From Candidatus Krumholzibacteriia bacterium (GTDB lineage: Bacteria; Krumholzibacteriota; Krumholzibacteriia; WVZY01): 44,437 nucleotides of DNA. The notes beneath the pieces were generated by a model, which had not been told where the DNA came from, made no database searches, and saw nothing but the letters and a program-made list of their open reading frames with translations. Positions 35,309 through 44,437 of this stretch are shown in pieces. The stretch spans positions 1 to 44,437 of the forward strand of contig JBHHVD010000014.1 of NCBI GenBank assembly GCA_046754105.1, written 5' to 3'. The position numbers and the translations under genes are program-made. Numbering within the stretch: the stretch's first letter is position 1; each line of letters opens with the position of its first letter.

Positions 35309-36529
35309 CTACTCGCCCAGTAATTCGTCGAGAAACTGCGTGAATTCTTTCTCGTATGCGAGGAAATGTTCGCCGGTGGCGGGGCCGTCGAACCCGGTGC
35401 TGATTCTCCGTACCTCACCGCGGCGGCCGACGACAATCGTAGTCGGGAAGGCAAGGACACCGCTGAGCATCGGCAACCGGGCGGCCGCCTCGGCCTTGTC
35501 CGAGTAGCCGGCCACGAGCGTCGAGTACTCGATGTTGTGCCGGCGGCGAAAGTGGGCGACCTGGGCCGCGGCTGTTTCGAAGTCCTTGAAATGCTCGAAC
35601 ATCAGCGCGATCACTTCGACGCCCCGGTCCCTGTTCTCGGCGTAGTAGCGGGCGAGGAACGCGGCCTCGTCGTGACAGTTCGGGCACCAGCTGCCGGCGA
35701 GCGTTACGACGACGACCCTGCCCCGGAAGGCATCGTCCGAGAGCGATACCGGACTCCCGTCCAGATCTGGAAACCGAAAGGAAAAGGCGTGGCCCGGCTT
35801 GAGGTAGGTAAGTTTCAGCGCGTCGGGCAGGGACGCCCGGTCGTCGCGGGTGGCGACCCACCGCTCGTGCCACGCCGTTCCCGACCAGAAATCACCGTAG
35901 AGTTTGCCGTCGTCTCCAAGCGACGCCTTGAAGAGAAACGCATGCGCGCCGTCAAAACACGCCAGGTACAGGTCGGGGCCTTGCACCTGTCCTTCGAGGA
36001 ACCGATAGTCCCCCGTCGGCGTCCGAAACGTGCCGACGAGACGGGCGCCCTCCTGACGAAACTCGCCCACCGCCACGGTTGAGGCTCCGCCATCGTCTGT
36101 GAACGTGACCGCCCAGCGCCCGCCGACGTCCCCCCCCGGAGGGTCCCGGGAGAACCGGTATCGGGCGCCGCGTTCGGCGCGAAATGGAACCACCTGGATC
36201 GCGCCCCCGCGCTTGACCAGGCGCAGCGTGCCGGTGAGCCGCCCGCCAGCCAGGACCGCCTCGATCTTCGAATTGAACGAGGGTATGGCGAGCTCGAGCG
36301 AGTCCCCGCGAATCGAGACTTCGTCAACCCGTACGCGCTCCGCGCCGTTGAGGTAGTACGCCACCTGGCGGCCGTGGTCGCGGGCCAGCTCGATCGCGAA
36401 GGGCAGATCGCCACCGGGAACCGTCAGCACGGCCAGCCAGCGGCCCATCTCGATCCCGCCGGCCCACGCCGCGCTGCCGGCGCCGAGGACGACGATCAAG
36501 GCTGCGACCCGGCACGTCGATCGCATCAT
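35309..36529 (-). CDS. Exported TlpA/redoxin-family thiol-disulfide oxidoreductase with a large N-terminal domain
   Basis: Signal peptide; GDYRFLEG, FDGAHAFLF, GSWCPNCHDE and FPTT motifs. Confidence 0.85.
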   Translation of the reverse strand: MMRSTCRVAALIVVLGAGSAAWAGGIEMGRWLAVLTVPGGDLPFAIELARDHGRQVAYYLNGAERVRVDEVSIRGDSLELAIPSFNSKIEAVLAGGRLTGTLRLVKRGGAIQVVPFRAERGARYRFSRDPPGGDVGGRWAVTFTDDGGASTVAVGEFRQEGARLVGTFRTPTGDYRFLEGQVQGPDLYLACFDGAHAFLFKASLGDDGKLYGDFWSGTAWHERWVATRDDRASLPDALKLTYLKPGHAFSFRFPDLDGSPVSLSDDAFRGRVVVVTLAGSWCPNCHDEAAFLARYYAENRDRGVEVIALMFEHFKDFETAAAQVAHFRRRHNIEYSTLVAGYSDKAEAAARLPMLSGVLAFPTTIVVGRRGEVRRISTGFDGPATGEHFLAYEKEFTQFLDELLGE

Positions 36530-36577
36530 GGCCTGGACTCCTTTCGTGTCCGCTGCCGCCCGCTCCGCACCGGAAGG

Positions 36578-37246
36578 TTACGTAAAGCTCGTGATGTCCT
36601 CGAGCGGCTTGCGCTTGATCCTGGGGACGACCGCGGCGGCGGCGGGATAGCCCACGACGAGCAGCAGAAACGGGCGCTCATTGGCCGGTCGTTTCAGGAT
36701 TTCGTTGAGAAATCCCATCGGGCTGGGCGTGTGGGTCAGCGCCACGAGTCCCGCCCGGTGAATGGCGGCAATCAAGATACCCGTGGCGAGCCCAACGGAT
36801 TCCTGCGCGTAGTAATGCTTGACCTTTTTGCCGCCCGCGCCCACTCCGTACCGCTGTTCGAACACCACGATAAGATACGGTGCTGCCTCCAGAAACGGTT
36901 TGTGTTCGTCGGTCCCCAGCGGCGTCAACACTTCGAGCCATTCGGCCGGTGCACGCCGCGAGTAGAACTCGTGCTCTTCCGCCTCGGCGGCCTCGCGAAT
37001 CTGCCTCTTCAAGCCCGGTTCGGTCACGACAGCGAAGTGCCACGGCTGCTTGTTGGCACCGCTGGGCGCGCTGCCGGCGGCGCGCAGGCAGTGCTCGATC
37101 ACCTCGCGCGGCACCGGGCGGCTCGAAAAGTGCCGTACGGTCCGCCGGCGTCCCATTTCCGCCGCGAACGCCCTGGCCCGCTCGAGCATTTCCTCTTCCG
37201 GGTACTCGCGATAGTCCTTCAGCGGCACGAACTCCGGCTTTTTCAT
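36578..37246 (-). CDS. Iodotyrosine deiodinase-like nitroreductase
   Basis: [47 protein letters not shown] and [19 protein letters not shown] at 37246. Confidence 0.85.
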   Translation of the reverse strand: MKKPEFVPLKDYREYPEEEMLERARAFAAEMGRRRTVRHFSSRPVPREVIEHCLRAAGSAPSGANKQPWHFAVVTEPGLKRQIREAAEAEEHEFYSRRAPAEWLEVLTPLGTDEHKPFLEAAPYLIVVFEQRYGVGAGGKKVKHYYAQESVGLATGILIAAIHRAGLVALTHTPSPMGFLNEILKRPANERPFLLLVVGYPAAAAVVPRIKRKPLEDITSFT

Positions 37247-37294
37247 TTGAACCTCCCGCCGCGCGCTGGGGCTTCGCGGCAAAAACCATCCCCA

Positions 37295-37777
37295 TCAATC
37301 GCGGAAATTGTCGAACTGGAGCGGCATGTCCCAATCACGCTCCTCGAGTAGCCCGATCACGGTCTGCAGGTCATCCCTTTTCTTGCCCGTGACCCGGACC
37401 TTGTCTCCTTGAATGGAAGCCTGGACTTTCATCTTCTTGTCTTTGATGACTTTCACGATCTGCTTTGCGAGCGAGCCGTCTATCCCGCGGCGCAACGTGA
37501 CGATCTGACGTGCTTCCTTGCCGAAGACCTGCGGCTCGTCGACCTTCATGCAGCCGAGATTGATCTGGCGTTTCGCCAGCTTGCCCTGCAGAATGTCGAG
37601 CATCTGTTTGAGTTGAAAATCGCTCGGTGCGTGCATGGTCACTACGGCGTCTTCCCTGACGAATCGCGCATTGCTCCCCTTGAAGTCGAATCGGGTTCCG
37701 ACTTCACGATTCGCCTGGTCCAGCGCATTTGTGACCTCGTGCATGTCCACATCGGATACGACGTCGAATGACGGCAT
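37295..37777 (-). CDS. yajQ: YajQ family nucleotide-binding protein
   Basis: MPSFDVVS, RFDFKG, RVTGKKRDDLQ and LQFDNFRD. Confidence 0.95.
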   Translation of the reverse strand: MPSFDVVSDVDMHEVTNALDQANREVGTRFDFKGSNARFVREDAVVTMHAPSDFQLKQMLDILQGKLAKRQINLGCMKVDEPQVFGKEARQIVTLRRGIDGSLAKQIVKVIKDKKMKVQASIQGDKVRVTGKKRDDLQTVIGLLEERDWDMPLQFDNFRD

Positions 37778-38060
37778 GGCATTTCCTCACTTTGCTAGGC
37801 GCGACAGCGAATGATCGATAGCTGGATTGTATATATTCTGGAATGCGCCGACAAGACCCTCTACACGGGAATCACCAGGCTCATGGAAAAACGCCTCGCC
37901 GCACACCAGGCCGGGACCGCCTCGAAATACACGCGCGGGCGGTGTCCGGTGCGGCTCGTCTACCAGGAGCGGCAGCAAGGACGCTCGCGCGCCCTCAAGC
38001 GCGAGGCCGCGATCAAGGCGATGCCGCGCTCCCGCAAACGGGCCCTCATCGCTGCCGCTG

Positions 38061-39500
<1,440 letters not shown>

Positions 39501-39543
39501 CGCTATATGGTCCCGTTATGCCGCTGCCAGGCCGGCATAACGG

Positions 39544-40884
39544 CTACGTGAACAGCTTCTCGACATCGTCCAGGGCGTGTGGCAGGGAGAATACAACGAC
39601 CCGGTCTCCCTCCACGATGTGCGTGTCTCCCTTGGGAATGAGAACCTGATCGTCGTGCAGGACAGCGCCGACAATGGCGTGTCTCGGAAACTCGATGTCC
39701 CTCAGAGGCTTGCTCAGGATTTTCGACTTTCGCTTGGCGATGTATTCGATACAGTGCGCCGCGATCCCCGGGAGGCTGGCGATCGCCGCTACCTGCTGGT
39801 GCTGGATGTATCGTTGTACGGCGTTGACCGTAATCATCTGTTTGCTGACCACGGCATCCATGCCGATCGTCTTGGTGATCGGCATGTAATCGACCTTGTT
39901 GACCAGTGCGATTGTCCTCGGGATCCGCATGTGACGTACGAGCAGCGTTGCGATTATGTTGGTCTCATCGTCGCCCGTAACGGCGACGAACGCGTCCATA
40001 TCCACGATACCCTCGGCGGCCAGGAGATCGTAGTCGGTTCCGTCCCCGTGGATAATCAGCGTGTGCGGCAGACCCTCGGCAATTTCTTCGGATTTCTCCG
40101 CGCTGCTCTCGATGATCTTTACGTTGGTCTCCTTGGCAAGTGTGGAGGCCACGAACTGGCCGATGAGTCCACCACCGAGGATCATGATATTCTCGATGCG
40201 GGTGTCTTTCTTGCCGGCCAGCGCTACGAACTCGGTTACGTAACCCGGATCCGAGATTACGAAAATCTGATCGCCGGGCTCGAGCTCGTCCCGCCCGCCG
40301 GGTATCAGGGTGTCCTGCTGGCGGACTATGGCAACGATTCGCATCGGCGGGTTGCCGAATTGTTTTCCGAGCTTGACGAGCGGCGTGCCCAGCAACGCCG
40401 AGTCCTTCTCGAGCCGCACGCCCATGAGCTGGACGCGACCCTCTTCGAATTCGATGATATCGGTAGCCCCGGACCGCCGTATGAGGCGCACGATGGCGTC
40501 GGCCGTCTCGCGCTCGGGGTGGATCATGACGTCGACACCGAGTTCCTGCGGCGTCAAGGGGAAGTCCGGTCTCGTAAACTCCGGGTTGCGCACCCGCGCG
40601 ATCGTGGTAGCGACGCCGGCTTTCTTCGCCAGCTGACAGGAGATGAGATTCACCTCCTCGCTATTCGTCATCGCCGCCACGATCTCCGTGTCGGACAGGC
40701 CGGCTTTCTCCAGGGTCTGGTAGCTGGTACCGTGCCCCTCGATGACCATGGCGTCGAGTTGATGGCTGGCGCGTCGTACTTTTTGCGGGTCGGATTCGAC
40801 GACGACGATATCGTGCTTTTCCTGGGAGAGACGCCGGCTCAATTGAAAACCGATGTCTCCGGCCCCGATAATCAGTATCTTCAT
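39544..40884 (-). CDS. trkA: Trk potassium uptake regulatory subunit (tandem RCK)
   Basis: IIGAGDIG and ILGGGLIG RCK domains; 446 aa; adjacent to trkH. Confidence 0.95.
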   Translation of the reverse strand: MKILIIGAGDIGFQLSRRLSQEKHDIVVVESDPQKVRRASHQLDAMVIEGHGTSYQTLEKAGLSDTEIVAAMTNSEEVNLISCQLAKKAGVATTIARVRNPEFTRPDFPLTPQELGVDVMIHPERETADAIVRLIRRSGATDIIEFEEGRVQLMGVRLEKDSALLGTPLVKLGKQFGNPPMRIVAIVRQQDTLIPGGRDELEPGDQIFVISDPGYVTEFVALAGKKDTRIENIMILGGGLIGQFVASTLAKETNVKIIESSAEKSEEIAEGLPHTLIIHGDGTDYDLLAAEGIVDMDAFVAVTGDDETNIIATLLVRHMRIPRTIALVNKVDYMPITKTIGMDAVVSKQMITVNAVQRYIQHQQVAAIASLPGIAAHCIEYIAKRKSKILSKPLRDIEFPRHAIVGAVLHDDQVLIPKGDTHIVEGDRVVVFSLPHALDDVEKLFT

Positions 40885-41065
40885 GAAATCGTATCCTCCG
40901 CCAACCCGGTTGCGCCGCGAGTCAGAATGGGAGGGTATTCGAATCTCCGCACAAAGGACAGAGTTTTGTGGCCCGTGCCGGCTGCCACTACCGGAGCATC
41001 ATGCTCGTGTCCGCATTTATAACATATTATGATACAATAACTTGCGTAGAACTCCCGAGACGGGA

Positions 41066-42718
41066 TCAGGTGTAGTTCCGATACTCGGGCTCGAACATGC
41101 GGGATTGGATGTGGCGGGCGAGATCGTCGGGCTTCGGCGGGGCGGCCAGACCGTTTTCGTACGCCACTTCGGCCACGGCGACGGCGATGCGAAGCGACAC
41201 TTCGCGGATCCTCGACAGGGGAGGGTACAAACAGCCGTTTGCCAGTTCTCCCTCCGATACCTCGGCGGCCAGCGACCGCGCAGCAGCAAAGAACATGTCG
41301 TCGATGACGCGCGTTGCACCGCTCGTCACGACACCGAGACCGACACCGGGGAAAATGTAGGCGTTGTTGCCCTGGCCGGGGACGTGGGTTTGCCCTCCGA
41401 TCGTGACCGGGTCGAACGGGCTGCCGCTGGCGAAGATCGCCCGCCCCTCCGTCTCGCGATAGGCATCCTCCGCCGTCGCCTCGGCGTTCGCCGTCGGATT
41501 GGATAGCGCAAAGATGACGGGTCTCGGGTTCAGCGCGGCCATCTCTCGCAGGACCGCCCCCGTGAACGCCCCGGCCTGGCCTGACACACCGATGATCGCC
41601 GTCGGCTGTATCGACCGCACCGTCTCCAGCAGGTCGGTCGACGGCTCGTGTTCATGGGCGTACGGTCGCTTGTGCTCCGCCAGATCGGTGCGGCCCGCGA
41701 CGACCAGGCCCTTCGAGTCGACGAACCAGCACCGCCGCCTCGCCTCTAGCTCCGACAGCCCCTCCGAGGCCATCGCCCCCACTATCAAATCGGCGATTCC
41801 GGTGGCGGCCGCCCCCGCTCCGTAGAACAGAATCCGCTGTGCCCGGAGATCGATGCCGGTCAGCTTGCAGCAGGGATAGAGTCCGGCGAGCGTTACCGCC
41901 GCCGTACCCTGGATGTCATCGTTGAAACAACGGGCCCGATCGCGGTATTTGCCAAGAAGCCGGATGGCGTTTTGGGTGGCGAAATCCTCGAACTGTATCA
42001 GCGCGTCGGGAAATACGCTTTGAACCGCCTGCACGAACTCCTCTACGAACTCGTCGTACTCTTCTCCCCGAAGGCGTTCCATCTGGTCACCGATATAGAG
42101 CGGGTCGCCCCGTAGTGCCTCGTTGTCCGTCCCGGTATCCAGCGTAATCGGCAGCGCCTGCTTGGGATCAACCCCCGCGCACGCAGTGTAGAGAGAGAGC
42201 TTTCCCACCGGGATTCCCATCCCGTTCGCGCCCAGGTCGCCCAGCCCGAGGATGCGTTCGCCGTCGGTGACGACGATGATGCGGATATCCTCCCGGGGCC
42301 AGTTGCGCAGAACGTCGGCGATGTGCCCCCGGTGCCGGCGAGACAAGAACAGTCCGCGGGATCGTCTGAAGATGTGGCCGTATTCCTGGCACGCCCTGCC
42401 GACGGTCGGCGTGTAGACGATCGGCATCATCTCTTCGATGTTGTCGAGGAGCACCCTGTAGAAAAGGGTTTCATTCCGGCCCTGCAGCGCAATCAAGTTG
42501 ATGTACTTTTCTAGATCCGTCGGCTGCTTGTGGTAGTTTCCCAGCACGCGGGTAACCTGTTCATTCTGCTCGCAAACACGCGGCGGCAGCAGCCCCTGAA
42601 GTCCGAGCGCGTCCCGCTCCGCTTCGCTGAACGCCGTTCCCTTGTTCAGCGATGGATCGTGGAGAACGTCCATCCCCCTGGGCATCCTGCTCCGATCTGG
42701 ATTCTCCGTATCAGGCAT
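41066..42718 (-). CDS. maeA: NAD(P)-dependent malic enzyme (MaeA/SfcA type)
   Basis: NKGTAF, YTPTVG, DGERILGLGD, QFEDF, FNDDIQGT and LSNPT. ATG at 42718. Confidence 0.9.
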   Translation of the reverse strand: MPDTENPDRSRMPRGMDVLHDPSLNKGTAFSEAERDALGLQGLLPPRVCEQNEQVTRVLGNYHKQPTDLEKYINLIALQGRNETLFYRVLLDNIEEMMPIVYTPTVGRACQEYGHIFRRSRGLFLSRRHRGHIADVLRNWPREDIRIIVVTDGERILGLGDLGANGMGIPVGKLSLYTACAGVDPKQALPITLDTGTDNEALRGDPLYIGDQMERLRGEEYDEFVEEFVQAVQSVFPDALIQFEDFATQNAIRLLGKYRDRARCFNDDIQGTAAVTLAGLYPCCKLTGIDLRAQRILFYGAGAAATGIADLIVGAMASEGLSELEARRRCWFVDSKGLVVAGRTDLAEHKRPYAHEHEPSTDLLETVRSIQPTAIIGVSGQAGAFTGAVLREMAALNPRPVIFALSNPTANAEATAEDAYRETEGRAIFASGSPFDPVTIGGQTHVPGQGNNAYIFPGVGLGVVTSGATRVIDDMFFAAARSLAAEVSEGELANGCLYPPLSRIREVSLRIAVAVAEVAYENGLAAPPKPDDLARHIQSRMFEPEYRNYT

Positions 42719-42723
42719 TTCGT

Positions 42724-42933
42724 TTAGCCGTCGAGCGTAAACCCGATCTTGACCGTCACCTGCCAGTGCGCTATGGCGCCTTTGTCGATATGCCCGCGCG
42801 TATCGACGACCTCGAACCACCTCATGTTGTGGATGGTCTTCGATGCCCTGGCAACCGCGCCGCTTACCGCGTCTTCGATACTCTTTGCAGAAGACCCGGT
42901 AAGCTCTATGTGCTTGTACACGTGATCCGACAT
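42724..42933 (-). CDS. Dodecin flavin-binding protein
   Basis: [19 protein letters not shown] and [21 protein letters not shown]. Confidence 0.93.
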   Translation of the reverse strand: MSDHVYKHIELTGSSAKSIEDAVSGAVARASKTIHNMRWFEVVDTRGHIDKGAIAHWQVTVKIGFTLDG

Positions 42934-43072
42934 GGCGCCTCCTCGAGGGTAAAGATCCTTCGCCTTTGCCCACGCTCCGCGACCGAGTGGGCTAAGCGCT
43001 AATCCTCCCGGAGCGGGCAAAAACGCGTCCAGCACAGACCATGATACTCCCCCCGTGGCACCACATCCACAG

Positions 43073-43117
43073 AAAAAAGACCAGCGACCGGCACGCAAAC
43101 TCGCGCCGGACCCTGGC
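43073..43117 (-). terminator. Rho-independent terminator after the exported msrB
   Basis: CCAG..CCGGCGCG / CGTGCCGG..CTGG stem followed by TTTTTT on the minus strand. Confidence 0.6.
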
Positions 43118-43149
43118 CCAGTGACTGTACCACTCTTGCCGGGTTTCCG

Positions 43150-43725
43150 TTATTCTTTTTTTCCCTTTTTCTGTTCTTGTCCTTTCTTTGCGGCGGCACG
43201 CGGCACGAAATCCAGCGCGATCGAATTGATGCAGTAGCGCAGGCCCGTCGGGCGCGGACCGTCGCTGAACACATGCCCGAGATGCGCGTCGCACCGGTTA
43301 CAGATGATCTCCGTGCGAACCATGCCATGGCTTCCGTCAGCGACTTCCCCGACCTTTCCCGGCGCCACCGGTTTCCAGAAGCTCGGCCAGCCCGTGCCCG
43401 ACTTGAACTTGGTCGCCGAATCGAACAGCTCGTTTCCGCAGCACACGCAGACAAAAGTGCCGTCGCCCTTAAAGCTGTTGAACTTGCCCGAAAACGGGCG
43501 CTCCGTTCCCTTGAGGCGAGTGATGTAGAACTGATCGGCCGAGAGCAGTGCTTTCCATTCCTCGTCGCTCTTGACCACGCGGTCGCTCCCATCCCTTGCA
43601 ATAGCCGTTTTCGCGGTCGCTTTCGCATCCTTGTCCGCTGCGGCCGCGTCGCCCGCGGGCAGCCCCGCGGCCGTTACCGCCGCAACCCACACGACAACCA
43701 TCCCCGTGCTCGCATATCGTTTCAT
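43150..43725 (-). CDS. msrB: Peptide-methionine (R)-S-oxide reductase with a signal peptide
   Basis: GGAGG RBS, ATG at 43725, MKRY + hydrophobic stretch + AxA signal; [20 protein letters not shown] and RYCINS. Confidence 0.92.
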   Translation of the reverse strand: MKRYASTGMVVVWVAAVTAAGLPAGDAAAADKDAKATAKTAIARDGSDRVVKSDEEWKALLSADQFYITRLKGTERPFSGKFNSFKGDGTFVCVCCGNELFDSATKFKSGTGWPSFWKPVAPGKVGEVADGSHGMVRTEIICNRCDAHLGHVFSDGPRPTGLRYCINSIALDFVPRAAAKKGQEQKKGKKE

Positions 43726-43798
43726 AGCCGGCACCTCCAATCAATCCAGCGGCGGAGCGCCGCCGGCATCACCGCAGAAGGGCGCATTAATAATGTAG

Positions 43799-44308
43799 TC
43801 ATTTCGGCCGTGCCGCACAGCCGGTTTCTGTAACGGCGGGCGGGCCCTCGCGCCGCCTGCGGAACACACGCTCGTCCCCCGTGCCTCCCCACCTCTGGTA
43901 ACCGAGGAGGTGGAGGAGGCGGCACGCAAAGCGATCGCCCGATCCAACGACCACCGCCCCGGCCTCTGCCGGGTGGCGGCGCACACCCGGGAGGAGCGGC
44001 AGCAGGCGATCGGCGTGCAGCTTTCGGGCCAGTGTCGAAACCCGTAACCACAAGCGCCTCACTCTCCGCCCGAGAAAGAAGCCATCGCTGCCGACACCCT
44101 GGTAATTGGGCAGAATCAGCAGGCCGGCGGCCTCCGCCATCACCTCTCCCCCTTGGTCGCGCGCGATACGTTGCCCCTTACGCACCGGAGAGAAATTGCG
44201 GTAGCCCGGGTGCATCTCAAAGCCGTTGCCCGCCGATAGCCCGTGCCGATGGAACACCTCCACGACGGCCGGCAAGCCGGCCGCGGCCCGGGCGCTCTTC
44301 GCCCGAGC
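43799..44308 (-). pseudogene. C-terminal fragment of a succinylglutamate desuccinylase/aspartoacylase-family gene
   Basis: FEMHPGYRNF.PV.KGQ, ILPNYQ..GSDGFF and LLPGVRRHP. The frame is closed upstream by TAG at 44309-44311, so the catalytic N-terminal half is missing. Confidence 0.6.
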
Positions 44309-44318
44309 CTACTGACCC

Positions 44319-44437
44319 GTGAGCGTGGCGCGACTTCAGCTGGATGTCGAACAACAGGGCGCGGTGGTCCGCTGCCGGGCCAGCGGCATGCTGGTGGAGC
44401 GGGAGGGCGACCGCCTCTATCGGCTGCTGGCCAAGCA
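44319..44437 (+). CDS. Partial ORF, possibly STAS/anti-sigma-antagonist-like, runs off the right edge
   Basis: GTG start: VSVARLQLDVEQQGAVVRCRASGMLVEREGDRLYRLLAK. Only 39 codons are visible. Confidence 0.3.
   Translation, partial: MSVARLQLDVEQQGAVVRCRASGMLVEREGDRLYRLLAK

Noticed and set aside
40885..41065. Possible c-di-AMP (ydaO) riboswitch upstream of trkA
   Set aside because: I found no conserved GCTGAA/GGGGA/CAGC..CCC elements, only an AT-rich promoter-like tract at about 41016-41043.

Overview
GC-rich bacterial chromosomal window with about 38 CDSs. I recognised no rRNA, tRNA, CRISPR array or mobile element. A secreted protein with a C-terminal FlgD-Ig sorting domain (QNVPNPFNP...SGIYFYRL...KKMVLLK) and an LVIVD-repeat lipoprotein suggest an FCB-group candidate phylum such as Krumholzibacteriota/Latescibacterota (inference only). 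Content is mostly redox, flavin, metal and stress housekeeping: amrS radical SAM enzyme, flavin reductase, two GNATs, HtrA protease, arsC, RND pump, DoxX, DUF885, egtD, a UreH/SodT-type Ni transporter, a 5-PAS kinase with a NarL-type regulator, a CDGSH protein, a TPR kinase, two msrB, a TlpA-like redoxin, iodotyrosine deiodinase, yajQ, trkAH, malic enzyme and dodecin. Best candidates for novelty: (1) an apparently exported, catalytically dead adenylate-kinase homolog packed between a CDGSH Fe-S gene and an M28 peptidase with an altered metal ligand; (2) an unannotated structured intergenic RNA candidate next to palindromic regulator-type boxes directly behind the two-component system; (3) a 1200-aa HExxH metallopeptidase/beta-helix secreted fusion; (4) an egtD without egtB that heads a Ni-transporter gene run. 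Both window ends show reading-frame discontinuities that may be assembly artefacts.
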